A DNA stretch of 60,985 bases, counting the filler. It is 5 parts of 5 records of this genome, joined end to end, with 100 filler letters (N's around TTAATTAATTAA, not from the genome) between each part and the next. Parts side by side here need not be neighbours in the genome. Positions count along the whole stretch, not along the records: positions 1 to 18,986 come from DRR378314_1170; positions 19,087 to 27,394 come from DRR378314_1171; 3 more parts are not named here. One strand, 5' to 3'. The notes beneath the pieces are model-generated. The model did not search any database and was not told the DNA's origin. It saw only the letters and a list, made by a program, of their open reading frames with translations. Positions 8,965 through 19,452 of this stretch are shown piece by piece. A program made the translations under genes and the position numbers. The number at the start of each line of letters is the position of its first letter. Position 1 is the stretch's first letter.

Positions 8965-10391
8965 TTACCGGTAACTTTTACATTATCTATTCTAAAGGTT
9001 GTAGTTATTCCTCCATCTCCTCCAACATATTGAAAAGCGACATGAACATTTCCACTTAAACACGAAAGGTTGATGTTTCCAGAACTTGTAAATCTAGTTC
9101 CGTAACCAGATGTTGGACCTTCAGAAAGTTTCGCATCTAAAAGAGTCCAGGTTGCAGTATTAATATCGCCATTAAAATCAGAAGAAACATATACTTTCAT
9201 CACTTTACCATTATCATAACCTGTGTTTGTATCAAATGTTAAAACTTCTTCTATAGAATTATCTAAGTTAATTGGCGGAGAAATTAACCAAACTTCAACA
9301 GTGCTTTCACCACTATTATAAGCAGAGAATTCTATAGCTCGGTTTCCATTTGAAGTCTTAGAACTATATTTAGCGCTATTATCGTTTGCATTAATATTAT
9401 TCCAGCCAGCATTTAATAAAGCAGAATTAGATTTGATATTTTCAAAATCTTCATTAAATAAAATATTGTTTCCAGGCGGAATCATATTACCGCAATTTAA
9501 ATATGCTGGATCACACCTTTCAGGGTTTTCAAAATGTATATCTGATGGTGTGTTTATTATTGTAACTAAAAATTTTGCTGTATAATCTTTGGTTAAAATA
9601 GTATTAATTGAACCATTTAATTCTGGAATTATTGTTGATTTAAAACTAGAAAATGTACTAGTCTGTAATCTTATTGTTTGCTGTGATTCACAATCTAAAA
9701 GGTATCTAAAACCGTCAAATTCATCATGAGGTTCTCCCGCAAAAGTTTTACCTATTTGGGTTTTTTCAAATTGTGCTTTTTCAAAACGAATTAATGTATT
9801 TAGGTGTTTTTCTTCTATTGCAGATAAGCTGATACTAGTGGGTACTATTTCAAAAGTTTCAGAAGACCTAAAAAAATGATTATTGATAAGCGTAGAAGGA
9901 ATATTGATTATAGAAATACCATCTAAAAACCCTAAATTATATTTTCCTATTGCAGCATTTGTTGGGTTAATATCACTCTGACCATCATCATAAGAAACCG
10001 TTAAACCATCAAGTTTTATGTAAACTTTTTGACCTACATTAAAACTAGTATTTAGATCTGATTTATTGATTAAGATTTCAATTCCAGCTTCAGGATTCTC
10101 TATAGCATCCTGTACAATTAATTTTTTGTAAAAATTTCCGGCAGCATCATTTGAAACCACATAAGTTTTAATATAAGTTGGATTATTATCATTGATTGGA
10201 AATGTATAATGTGTTTTTTGAGTTGAATTATAAGCTTGTTTTAAAGCATCTTTTACTTTTGCAAGAGAAGAATTTGTTCTAATATTAGGTTCAGTTATTG
10301 TGATGTCTGGGGTTTCAAATTCTCCATTGTTTACACATGAATAATTATTGAAAAGTAAAAGAATTAAAAGTGATTTTATAATAGTTTTCAT
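8961..10391 (-). CDS. DUF5689-family surface lipoprotein with C-terminal jelly-roll-like domain
   Basis: Lipobox-like YSC; YVVSND..GNFYK.L.VQD motif; C-terminal WLISPPINLD...FRIDNVKVTG. Confidence 0.8.
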   Translation of the reverse strand: MKTIIKSLLILLLFNNYSCVNNGEFETPDITITEPNIRTNSSLAKVKDALKQAYNSTQKTHYTFPINDNNPTYIKTYVVSNDAAGNFYKKLIVQDAIENPEAGIEILINKSDLNTSFNVGQKVYIKLDGLTVSYDDGQSDINPTNAAIGKYNLGFLDGISIINIPSTLINNHFFRSSETFEIVPTSISLSAIEEKHLNTLIRFEKAQFEKTQIGKTFAGEPHDEFDGFRYLLDCESQQTIRLQTSTFSSFKSTIIPELNGSINTILTKDYTAKFLVTIINTPSDIHFENPERCDPAYLNCGNMIPPGNNILFNEDFENIKSNSALLNAGWNNINANDNSAKYSSKTSNGNRAIEFSAYNSGESTVEVWLISPPINLDNSIEEVLTFDTNTGYDNGKVMKVYVSSDFNGDINTATWTLLDAKLSEGPTSGYGTRFTSSGNINLSCLSGNVHVAFQYVGGDGGITTTFRIDNVKVTGN

Positions 10392-10402
10392 AGCGTTGTT
10401 TT

Positions 10403-13195
10403 TTAAAATCTAAAATTGATATTGATAAAATATGTAGTACCTCTTCCGTGCCAATATTTTGGTCCAAAAAGAGGTTTGTTTAGAGCTTTGTCATCTCGAA
10501 GTTCTCTATAGTTTGCATTTCTACTTTGCTCAAAGCCACCTGTTTTAAAAAGAGTGTTTTGAAGATTATTAATGCTTGCAAAAAGACCAATATAATAGTC
10601 ATTAATTTTCCAAGATTTACCCCCAACAAGATTGATAACATTATAAGATTTAAATTCTTCTTGTTGTAGTAGTTCTTTTGCTAAATCGGGATCGAAATCA
10701 TTAAAAGGGATTCCATTATCATTACTAAAATTACTTGTTCTAGTTATTGGAGCCACATCAATATATATGTTGTTAAAAAAGTTGATGGTTGCCCCAAACC
10801 ACCAATAATCAGGATCTCTATATTCAAAGCCTAAAGAATATGCTTGTTGTGGCCCAGCTGCTATTTTATAATTTTTTAAGTTTGCTTTTCTTGATTCAAA
10901 TTGAAAATTAGGAGCTTCTGAACTTAAAGACAGTAATGGATTATTTGTATAGATATAATCCCCTAAATTTCCAGCTGCTTTTAATTTTATTGTTGGAGTA
11001 ACTTGCGTTTCTATACCAAATTCTAAACCTATATGTTTTTTATCTAAGCCAGAAATTACTTCTTGTACAAAAGCTGTATAATCAGAACCACTTCCTCCAA
11101 GCCCATCTGCGTAATAGAAAGCAACTTCTGTCGCATTTGAAGCTTTTGCGAAGTATCCTGTAAATTTTGCTTGTAAAACTGGGTCTCTATATATATAACT
11201 TAAATCTGATAATATTAACTGTTCTGTTTTTAAATCAGCAACAATTTTGTTTTGAATTCTTGGATTAGAAAAGGTGTTTTTTAATAATGGAGCCTTAGTT
11301 AAATACCCTGAATTAAAATCAAATAAATGACGTCCAGTAATTTTGAGTGTTGCTCCTGCTTTTAAACCATAATTTATAAACGTTTTTTTAGGCGAGTTTC
11401 CAAAGGAGTCATTTAGGTTATTAAACTTTCCATTTCTATATCTTCCATTTCTTTGATAAGAAGTTTTAGAAAAATTTATTGCAGTATAAAAATCTATTGA
11501 ATTATATTTAAACTGTGCTTGTAAAAAGCTGTTAAATTTCTCTGCAGTTAACAAGTAGTTATATTTAAATTTCTCTCCTTCTTGTACCTCTCGATTTGGG
11601 TTGTTTAAATCGTTTTGTTTTAAATCGTTGTCAGATGCAAAATTGTCAATATCTAAGTACTTGGAAGCACCAAAAAGGTCTCGAACTTTAGCATAATTTT
11701 CTGATTGAAAACTTTTATAAGCAAATTTGGCATTTAGCTGAACGTTATCAAAGATTTGAGCTTCAATAATAGTATTAATAGTTAACTGTTCATTTTTATT
11801 AATATCATCATATAAAACATACGTTGCGAAACCGTTATTAAAGTTGTTTGAGTTTGAAACATACAGATTTTTCCAATCTAATTGACCGTTGTTAATGAAT
11901 GATTCCTGTATTCTGTAGGTGTCTTTTCCTCCGTTTTTAATATCATAACTCGGTAAATTTTGATAGTATGAGGGATCTGGATTTGATCCACCTAAACTAA
12001 CAATAGTTGGAAAACCATTAATAACACCATCAATTTTACTACCATTATAATCTATTCTACTATTTGTAATTTCTCCAAATTGATAACTTATATTCGTGTT
12101 GATTGAAGTAGATTGGTTTAATTTCCAATAATGATTGATCATGAAAATAGGCTCTACTACATTCTTCACTCTAGAATTTCGAATTCGATTATTTTGAAAA
12201 CCCCAATAAGAATTATATTTGATTCCTTTTAAATCTGTTACTTCTTGTGTATTAGCAGATGATTTCCCTCTTTTATTAGGAGTATAAATAATAGATGCAT
12301 TTAAACTACTAGTTGAGGTTATTTTCTTTTCTACCGAAATTAATAATGAATTTGCATCATAAAAAGTACCATTATTAAAACCTTCATTTCCAGCTCTTCT
12401 ACTTGCACTTAACACATAAGACCAGTTATTTTTTAAAATTCCTGATGCATACGTAGCCATAACTCTATGCTCATAACTTCGGTTTGAGGTAGCATAAGAA
12501 AAACTATTTCCAGCTCTAATTTTAGAAGCTCTAATATTTATATTAGTAGTTCCTAAAATACCGCCAAATGTATAAGCTGATGGAGATAAGCCTGATGAGA
12601 ATTCTTGATTTCTAGTAACGTTGTTTAATCCTCCCCAGTTACTCCATAGTGGTCTGCCTGATAGAAATTTATTCATTTCTATACCATTTATTAATACTTT
12701 AGAGTTTTCAGAATCTAAACCTCTAACTCTAAAAAATGAACTACTAAATTCAAAAGCCGCAGACCTTAAGTAGAGGTCTCTAGAAGATTGCAATAAGCCA
12801 GTAATGTTATCAGCAGAATTACTTTCTTCATTGAGTTCATCATCTGTTAAAGTAATTGTACTTAAATCATTAATAACTCCCCTCTTTTTATATAAAAAAA
12901 TAGTACCAAGATTAATGGTAGTTCCGGTTAAGTTTAACTCAAAATTTTGAGATTCATAATTTTTAAATTGAATACTTAATACCGCCCTACCATAGTTTAA
13001 GTTTTTAATGATAAATGTACCATCTTTTTGGGAGTAGTTTTTGACTGAATTTTCACCTTTAATAGTAAGAATTACTTGCTCTAATGGTTGTTCAGAATCG
13101 CTGTCTACAACAACGCCTTTTACAATATTCTGAGCGCTCATTTTTATGTATAGCAAGCTCAAGAACATTACGATAATTGTCCTTTTCATAAGCAA
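10403..13195 (-). CDS. TonB-dependent outer membrane receptor with N-terminal carboxypeptidase-regulatory-like domain
   Basis: Signal peptide, plug FRVRGLD...VLINGIEMN, beta-strand-rich barrel, terminal GTTYFININFRF. Confidence 0.88.
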   Translation of the reverse strand: MLMKRTIIVMFLSLLYIKMSAQNIVKGVVVDSDSEQPLEQVILTIKGENSVKNYSQKDGTFIIKNLNYGRAVLSIQFKNYESQNFELNLTGTTINLGTIFLYKKRGVINDLSTITLTDDELNEESNSADNITGLLQSSRDLYLRSAAFEFSSSFFRVRGLDSENSKVLINGIEMNKFLSGRPLWSNWGGLNNVTRNQEFSSGLSPSAYTFGGILGTTNINIRASKIRAGNSFSYATSNRSYEHRVMATYASGILKNNWSYVLSASRRAGNEGFNNGTFYDANSLLISVEKKITSTSSLNASIIYTPNKRGKSSANTQEVTDLKGIKYNSYWGFQNNRIRNSRVKNVVEPIFMINHYWKLNQSTSINTNISYQFGEITNSRIDYNGSKIDGVINGFPTIVSLGGSNPDPSYYQNLPSYDIKNGGKDTYRIQESFINNGQLDWKNLYVSNSNNFNNGFATYVLYDDINKNEQLTINTIIEAQIFDNVQLNAKFAYKSFQSENYAKVRDLFGASKYLDIDNFASDNDLKQNDLNNPNREVQEGEKFKYNYLLTAEKFNSFLQAQFKYNSIDFYTAINFSKTSYQRNGRYRNGKFNNLNDSFGNSPKKTFINYGLKAGATLKITGRHLFDFNSGYLTKAPLLKNTFSNPRIQNKIVADLKTEQLILSDLSYIYRDPVLQAKFTGYFAKASNATEVAFYYADGLGGSGSDYTAFVQEVISGLDKKHIGLEFGIETQVTPTIKLKAAGNLGDYIYTNNPLLSLSSEAPNFQFESRKANLKNYKIAAGPQQAYSLGFEYRDPDYWWFGATINFFNNIYIDVAPITRTSNFSNDNGIPFNDFDPDLAKELLQQEEFKSYNVINLVGGKSWKINDYYIGLFASINNLQNTLFKTGGFEQSRNANYRELRDDKALNKPLFGPKYWHGRGTTYFININFRF

Positions 13196-13295
13196 TAGTT
13201 TTTCTTAAATATAATATTTATTTTTTAAACACTTGAAAAGCAGGTATTTATACTTGCTTTAGAATGTGTAGATTTACAGCCTTAAAAACAGCATT

Positions 13296-14348
13296 ATGAA
13301 AAAAATACTTTTTAGCATTTTCTTTACTTTTTTTGTCTTCGTTTCTTATGCTCAAAAAAATGGAGAAAAGTATAATATTAGAACTTTAGCTTTTTATAAT
13401 TTGGAAAACTTGTTTGATACAATAAATAATCCAAATAAAAACGATGAGGCAAGTCCTATTATGAAGTTAAAGAATAACAAGTCTAAAGTGTATTGGGATA
13501 AATTAAATAAGCTAGGAAGTGTTATTTCTCAAATAGGATTTGATAAAACTAAAACGAGCCCTGCGATTATTGGAGTTTGTGAAGTAGAAAACAAAAAGGT
13601 GTTAGAGGATTTAGTGCAAACTAAATATTTAAAGGATAAAAATTATGAAATTATCCATTATGAATCTCCAGATAAAAGAGGAATAGATGTTGCATTGTTA
13701 TATCAGAAAAAATATTTTACACCAACAAACCATCAATCTTTTACGCCAAACATTTATAAAGATGGTTATAGAGTTTATACAAGAGATCAATTATTAGTTT
13801 CTGGATATTTAGATGATGAATTAATTCATGTCATCGTTAATCATTGGCCATCTCGAAGAGGAGGCGAAAAGAAAAGTAGTTATTTACGAGAAAAAGCTGC
13901 TTATCAAAATGTAAAAATTATTGAAAGTATAAAAAACAAAGAAGCTAAAGCAAAAATTTTTATCATGGGAGATTTTAATGATAACCCTACAAATGCTAGC
14001 TTAAAGAAAGTTCTAAAAACAAAAGGTAAAAAGAAAAAAGTAAAAAAGAATAACTTTTACAATCCTTATGAGAAATTATTTAAAGAGGGTATTGGAACAT
14101 TAACTTACCGAGATAATATTTATTTATTTGATCAAATTATGTTTAACTCTTGGGCTTTAGATAAAGGCAAAAAAGATTATTCTTCTTACAAAATGTACAA
14201 AGCTAAAATTTTTAATAAACACTTTTTAACGGAAAAGAAGGGGAAATTTAAAGGGTATCCATTTAGAAGTTTTTCTTACGGACAATATACAGGAGGCTAT
14301 AGTGATCATTACCCAGTTTATATTTACCTAATTAAAGAAATAAAGTAA
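13296..14348 (+). CDS. Secreted endonuclease/exonuclease/phosphatase family protein
   Basis: Signal peptide; FYNLENLFD, GVCEVEN, NHWPSR, MGDFND, FDQI, SDHYPV. Confidence 0.92.
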   Translation: MKKILFSIFFTFFVFVSYAQKNGEKYNIRTLAFYNLENLFDTINNPNKNDEASPIMKLKNNKSKVYWDKLNKLGSVISQIGFDKTKTSPAIIGVCEVENKKVLEDLVQTKYLKDKNYEIIHYESPDKRGIDVALLYQKKYFTPTNHQSFTPNIYKDGYRVYTRDQLLVSGYLDDELIHVIVNHWPSRRGGEKKSSYLREKAAYQNVKIIESIKNKEAKAKIFIMGDFNDNPTNASLKKVLKTKGKKKKVKKNNFYNPYEKLFKEGIGTLTYRDNIYLFDQIMFNSWALDKGKKDYSSYKMYKAKIFNKHFLTEKKGKFKGYPFRSFSYGQYTGGYSDHYPVYIYLIKEIK

Positions 14349-14357
14349 TTAGTTCCT

Positions 14358-15380
14358 CTAATTATTTTTTTGAATTAGAGAATTAAGATGGTTTTTAAAT
14401 GCAACTTTATTATCTATAAAGAATACTAAATTTTTATAATTTTTTGTGATTCCATAAAGCCCTTTTAATTTGTTTTTTTCTTTTAAACGAATTATAACAT
14501 TATGACTTTCTAATTCACCTAAAAGTGAAAGTTTTCGAGTCTCTTTATTTAATTCTATGTCTTTAGAAGATAGTTCTACAGACTCAATATTAACAATATT
14601 GATCGTAGATTCACTCATAATTCCGTACCTAAGATATATTTTGTCACGTTCTATAAGAACAGGTCTCTTAGACATAGATTTTAAAAAACCAAAAAGTTGG
14701 ATACCAGAATAGACACTTAAAAAAGTGAGAATCCAAGCAGCAATAATACTCCATTTTAAAAGTAAAAAATGAAGCGTTATAGTTTCAATTGCAACAATAA
14801 AAATAATAGCAGCTAGTAAAGTTATACTTCCACTGTTTTTATGATAAGAATACTCGTTTTCTTTTAGTGGTCTTTTTTTCCAATAAAAAAAACCATAATA
14901 AAGTACAGCAATTTCAGTAACAACAAACATTACAGCTTTTTTTGGAAGAATCTCTTTACAAGTAGCGATTAATGTTGTGTAAAAATCAAAAGAACTATGC
15001 TGATGGTTTTTATACCTTTTTACAGCTTTTCTGATGTTATAAAGAACATAAGAAAAGATGAAAAGTTCAATAAAAGGTAGTATCCAAAATTTAAAAAAAC
15101 TTAAGTACTGTTGGTTTTTTGAAGGAATAATGATTGAACAAGTAATCACCCCTATAATTAGAACTGGAACAATGGTGGTTTTTGGAATTTTCGTTTTTCT
15201 TATTAAAAGAAAATACACTAAAGGAACCGTTAAAAGAAGGTCAATTGTTATTCCAATAGATAAAGAACCGGAATTGATATGGAACCAAGATGTTTTACTA
15301 ATAAAAACTAATAACCCAATAATTAATAATGGAATTCCAAAAATGATTAAATTTTTTTGAGTATTTATAGTTTTGTTCAT
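14358..15380 (-). CDS. Multi-pass membrane protein of unknown function
   Basis: 340-aa ORF with several hydrophobic helices and a soluble C-terminus. Confidence 0.75.
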   Translation of the reverse strand: MNKTINTQKNLIIFGIPLLIIGLLVFISKTSWFHINSGSLSIGITIDLLLTVPLVYFLLIRKTKIPKTTIVPVLIIGVITCSIIIPSKNQQYLSFFKFWILPFIELFIFSYVLYNIRKAVKRYKNHQHSSFDFYTTLIATCKEILPKKAVMFVVTEIAVLYYGFFYWKKRPLKENEYSYHKNSGSITLLAAIIFIVAIETITLHFLLLKWSIIAAWILTFLSVYSGIQLFGFLKSMSKRPVLIERDKIYLRYGIMSESTINIVNIESVELSSKDIELNKETRKLSLLGELESHNVIIRLKEKNKLKGLYGITKNYKNLVFFIDNKVAFKNHLNSLIQKNN

Positions 15381-15398
15381 TGGTATTAATATGTGTGT

Positions 15399-16286
15399 TT
15401 ATAAAATATAAAACTTTTTTGATGTAATTGGTTCTGGTATATCTTCTATTTCTAATTGTTGTTTAATATTAATTTCTATAATTCTAGAAATACTCGTCAT
15501 TGCAGTATCTGTAGGTTTATTTTCAAATGGATCTTGAATATTGTATGCTATTTTTTCAACTAGAAAAAAAGGAATCGAAATAAAAATCATAAATGGAATT
15601 TCTACAAGACTATGCATTTCTGTTAATGCCAACGAAAGTGTGATTAAAAAAATATAAATAAAAAGATGTAAAGTAAGTCTGTATGTTTTTGGAAAAGGTG
15701 TGTTTTTAATTCTTTCTGCTTGTCCCATTGAGGTACAAAGCCTAACTAAAGTGTCATCTAGTTGTACTTGTTGATAATCATTAATAGTTTTTTTATTATG
15801 TAAAAAAGCAACGTCCCTTGAGTGATTATCTAATAAAGTTAAAGGGATATTTTTTTGATTCTTTAATAAATTTATTTCTTCATCAGAAATAAATTCACTT
15901 ATGTTTTTAGTTGCATTAAGACCTCTTAAGTTTTGAGAAAGTGAATAGCACCATGCTATTTGCCTAAATGCAATTTTATTGACTAACTTATTATTTTCAT
16001 TATTTGTAAACGATTTCAATTGAATTACAAAAGTTCTAGAGTCGTTAACAATTGAACCCCAAATTTTCCTAGCTTCCCACCACCTATCATAAGAATGACT
16101 AAGCTTAAAGGAAAGTAATAATGCAATCGCAGTTCCTAAAAAGGCTCCTATGGAAATAGGAATGTTTAAATCGATTAAATATTTTGAAGAAAAATAGACT
16201 ACAAAAGAAAATATTGTTACAATAATAATATCCCATTTAATAGTATTTACCCAATAAGTAATTGGTAATCTCTTTTCTAAAATCAT
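15399..16286 (-). CDS. Bestrophin-family (YneE-like) ion channel
   Basis: SYDRWWEARKIWGSIVNDSR, ERIKNTPFP, IQDPFE. Confidence 0.92.
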   Translation of the reverse strand: MILEKRLPITYWVNTIKWDIIIVTIFSFVVYFSSKYLIDLNIPISIGAFLGTAIALLLSFKLSHSYDRWWEARKIWGSIVNDSRTFVIQLKSFTNNENNKLVNKIAFRQIAWCYSLSQNLRGLNATKNISEFISDEEINLLKNQKNIPLTLLDNHSRDVAFLHNKKTINDYQQVQLDDTLVRLCTSMGQAERIKNTPFPKTYRLTLHLFIYIFLITLSLALTEMHSLVEIPFMIFISIPFFLVEKIAYNIQDPFENKPTDTAMTSISRIIEINIKQQLEIEDIPEPITSKKFYIL

Positions 16287-16432
16287 AATTTCATTATTTT
16301 AATGTAAGCTGGTTGTATTCAAATAGGCATTAATGTTCATTCTGCAACTAATTTAGTAAATACTAACTGAATATTAAACCTAACAGAGATTTTGAAATAA
16401 AAAAAAGTTAATTAGTAATTTACTATTAAAAA

Positions 16433-18118
16433 CTATTTGATGTCTTTTAGCATCAATTGAATACTAGTATGTCCATTCCAAGTATTTTCGTCTAAAGCAT
16501 AAGCTACATCAAATTCATTTTTAATAAGAGGTAATGTATCGCCTAAGCCAAAACCAATTGCATTATATGTTTTGTTATCTGCTCCATAAATTAAATTTAA
16601 TTTTAAATGCGTTTTGTCTGCTCCAACTTGTTTTCCAAAACCATTATCTCTAACCGCACAAGAACTAAAAACGGGCTTCATGTTTTGTGGTCCAAATGGT
16701 GCCATTTGCTGAATAATTCTAAATAATTTTGGTGTAATTTCAGACAAATCTAATTCAGCATCAATAGTTAGTTCAGGAGTTTTTAAATCTTCAGGTAAAG
16801 TAGAAGCAACTACTTCTTCAAATTTCTCTTTAAATTGTTGATAGTTTTCAGGTAATAAGGTTAAGCCAGCGGCATATTTATGTCCACCAAATTGCTCAAT
16901 AAATTCAGTACATTGCTCTAAGGCATTGTAAACATCAAAGCCTTTTACAGATCTTGCAGAAGCTGCTAATTTATCTCCACTTTTTGTAAAAACTAACGTA
17001 GGTCTGTAATAAGTTTCTATCAATCTAGAAGCCACAATACCAATAACACCTTTATGCCAAGTTTCAGCAAAAACAACTGTTGAAGCATTTTGTTTTTCGT
17101 CATTTTCTATAATCTGTTGTAGAGCTTCATGAGTTATAAGTTTATCAAGTTCTTTTCTGTCTGTATTAAAAGTTTCTATTGCAGCTGCAAACTCTTTGGC
17201 AGAATTAATATCCATTTCTGTTAAAAGTTCTACAGCATAATTACCATGTTTCATTCTACCAGCTGCATTAATTCTTGGAGCAATTATAAAAACAACATCG
17301 GTTATGGTTAAACTCGGTTTTTTTACCTGTTCTATTATGGCTTTAAAACCATTTCTAGGTGAAGAGTTTATTACTTGTAAACCTAAAAAAGCCATCGCTC
17401 TGTTTTCTCCTATCATTGGTACGATATCTGCACCAATTGCAGTTGCAACCAAATCTAAATAAGGCATTAATTCTTCTGTAGATATGTTTCTTTTTGAGGC
17501 CAAACCTTGAATTAGTTTAAAGCCAACACCACAACCACACAATTCATCAAAAGGATAATTACAATCGATTCTCTTCGGATTTAAAACTGCAACAGCTTTT
17601 GGAATTTCAGCACCAGGCTTGTGATGATCACAAATGATAAAGTCTATTTTTTTTTCTAAAGCATAAGCAACTTTTTCAATGGCTTTTATACCACAGTCTA
17701 AAGCAATAATTAAAGAAAAGTCATTGTCTTCAGCAAAATCAATCCCTTTGTAAGAAATTCCATACCCTTCTTCATATCTATCTGGAATATAAGTTGCAAC
17801 ATGTGGGTAATATGTTTTTAAATACGATGAAACTAAAGAAACAGCTGTAGTTCCATCAACATCATAATCTCCAAAAACAAGAATATTTTCATTACATGCA
17901 ATGGCCTGTTCTATTCGGTTAATAGCTAGATCCATATCTTTCATCATAAAAGGATCATGCAAATCTTCTATAGAAGGTCTAAAGTATTTTTTAGCAGATT
18001 TAAATGAAGAAATTCCGCGTTGTAATAAAACCTTAGCAATGGTTTTATCTACAGATAATTCTTGCGCTAATGTGGTAATTTTTTCTTTTTCAGGTTTTGG
18101 TTTATAAGTCCAACGCAT
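16433..18118 (-). CDS. recJ: ssDNA-specific exonuclease RecJ
   Basis: GDYDVDG, LDCGI, DHH, PRINAAGR, GGHKYAAG, PFGPQN. Confidence 0.97.
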   Translation of the reverse strand: MRWTYKPKPEKEKITTLAQELSVDKTIAKVLLQRGISSFKSAKKYFRPSIEDLHDPFMMKDMDLAINRIEQAIACNENILVFGDYDVDGTTAVSLVSSYLKTYYPHVATYIPDRYEEGYGISYKGIDFAEDNDFSLIIALDCGIKAIEKVAYALEKKIDFIICDHHKPGAEIPKAVAVLNPKRIDCNYPFDELCGCGVGFKLIQGLASKRNISTEELMPYLDLVATAIGADIVPMIGENRAMAFLGLQVINSSPRNGFKAIIEQVKKPSLTITDVVFIIAPRINAAGRMKHGNYAVELLTEMDINSAKEFAAAIETFNTDRKELDKLITHEALQQIIENDEKQNASTVVFAETWHKGVIGIVASRLIETYYRPTLVFTKSGDKLAASARSVKGFDVYNALEQCTEFIEQFGGHKYAAGLTLLPENYQQFKEKFEEVVASTLPEDLKTPELTIDAELDLSEITPKLFRIIQQMAPFGPQNMKPVFSSCAVRDNGFGKQVGADKTHLKLNLIYGADNKTYNAIGFGLGDTLPLIKNEFDVAYALDENTWNGHTSIQLMLKDIK

Positions 18119-18135
18119 AGCAATTATTATATTAG

Positions 18136-18561
18136 TTAGTTTTCATGAAAATGTATTTCTGTAGTAACTTTTGCAAATTGCCTAAACATTTCCATAACTC
18201 CGCAATATCTATCTACAGATAAGTTAACAGCTTTTGTAATTTTATCTTCTTTCAAGTCACTACCATAAAAATGATAATCTACTTTTACCTTATCATAAAA
18301 CTTAGGATGCTCTTCGGTAAGTTCTCCAGTAACAACAATATTAAAATCAGCCACTTCTGCTCGCATTTTTGATAGTAGAGAATCTACATCTAAACCAGAG
18401 CAACCTGCTAAAGAAGATAACATTAATGCTTTAGGACCAAAGCCTTTCACATTACCATTATCCGCAGAAGCATCATACATCATTAAAGTATGCCCGCTAG
18501 GATTATCAGATTCAAATTGCATATTTTTTTTCCAGTTCGTAGTTACTGTATTTGTAGCCAT
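18136..18561 (-). CDS. OsmC/YhfA family protein
   Basis: GPKALML.SLAGCSGLDV and LSVDRYCGV two-cysteine pattern. Confidence 0.88.
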   Translation of the reverse strand: MATNTVTTNWKKNMQFESDNPSGHTLMMYDASADNGNVKGFGPKALMLSSLAGCSGLDVDSLLSKMRAEVADFNIVVTGELTEEHPKFYDKVKVDYHFYGSDLKEDKITKAVNLSVDRYCGVMEMFRQFAKVTTEIHFHEN

Positions 18562-18662
18562 AATTTCAATATTTTTTTGTTACTTGTGTCTTTATTTAGA
18601 GGTCGAATATAAATTCAAATCCTTAAACAAAATTACAGTAATTAAAATTAAATAGAAAGAAT

Positions 18663-18986
18663 ATGCCATTAGTAACACCTCTTTCTGCAGAACATGATGC
18701 AGAAACAAAAGAATTAGCAGAATTTTTTAATGAAACACTTGGGTTTTGTCCAAATTCTGTATTAACCATGCAACGTAGGCCTGCCATTTCTAAAGCATTT
18801 ATCAACTTAAATAAAGCAGTTATGGCTAATGAAGGCCGTGTTACTTCTGCATTAAAAAGAATGATTGCTTGGGTTTCAAGTAACGCTACGGGTTGTAGAT
18901 ATTGTCAGGCACATGCTATAAGGGCTGCAGAAAGATACGGTGCAGAACAAGAGCAATTAGATAATATTTGGGAATATAAAACACAT
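18663..18986 (+). CDS. AhpD/carboxymuconolactone decarboxylase family protein, truncated at contig end
   Basis: LGFCPN, VSSNATGCRYCQAH CxxC motif. Confidence 0.85.
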
Positions 18987-19086
18987 NNNNNNNNNNNNNN
19001 NNNNNNNNNNNNNNNNNNNNNNNNNNNNNNTTAATTAATTAANNNNNNNNNNNNNNNNNNNNNNNNNNNNNNNNNNNNNNNNNNNN
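18987..19086. other. Artificial contig spacer
   Basis: N runs around TTAATTAATTAA (stop-codon linker); abrupt composition change. Confidence 0.98.
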
Positions 19087-19386
19087 CATTTCCTTGCGCA
19101 GGCGCAGCAGGCCGCGCTCTGGCTTTACGCTGAAATCAAGGTCGTCGTATTTTGGGCCACCGACGGCACCGAGCAGAACAGCGTCCACTTCCAGCGCGCG
19201 GGCCATTGTATCGTCATGCAGGGGCGTGCCGTGTTTGTCATAAGCCGCGCCGCCAACAAGGTCGTGTTCCACGTCAAAGGGCAAATCGCGCTTGGCACCG
19301 AACCAGTCGATGATGCGGGTCACCTGACCCATGACTTCGGGGCCGATGCCGTCACCGGCAAGGATAAGAAGGGATGGGTTGGCCAT
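19087..19386 (-). CDS. leuB: 3-isopropylmalate dehydrogenase, N-terminal part
   Basis: [32 protein letters not shown]. Confidence 0.95.
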
Positions 19387-19452
19387 GGGACGCTCCTTGA
19401 GAAAATATGTTTAGCGGGGCGTAGCGCGATGGGGCGAAAGGGTCAAGAACAC

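Noticed and set aside
19031-19042. TTAATTAATTAA palindrome occurring four times
   Set aside because: Always embedded in N runs; an assembly linker, not biology
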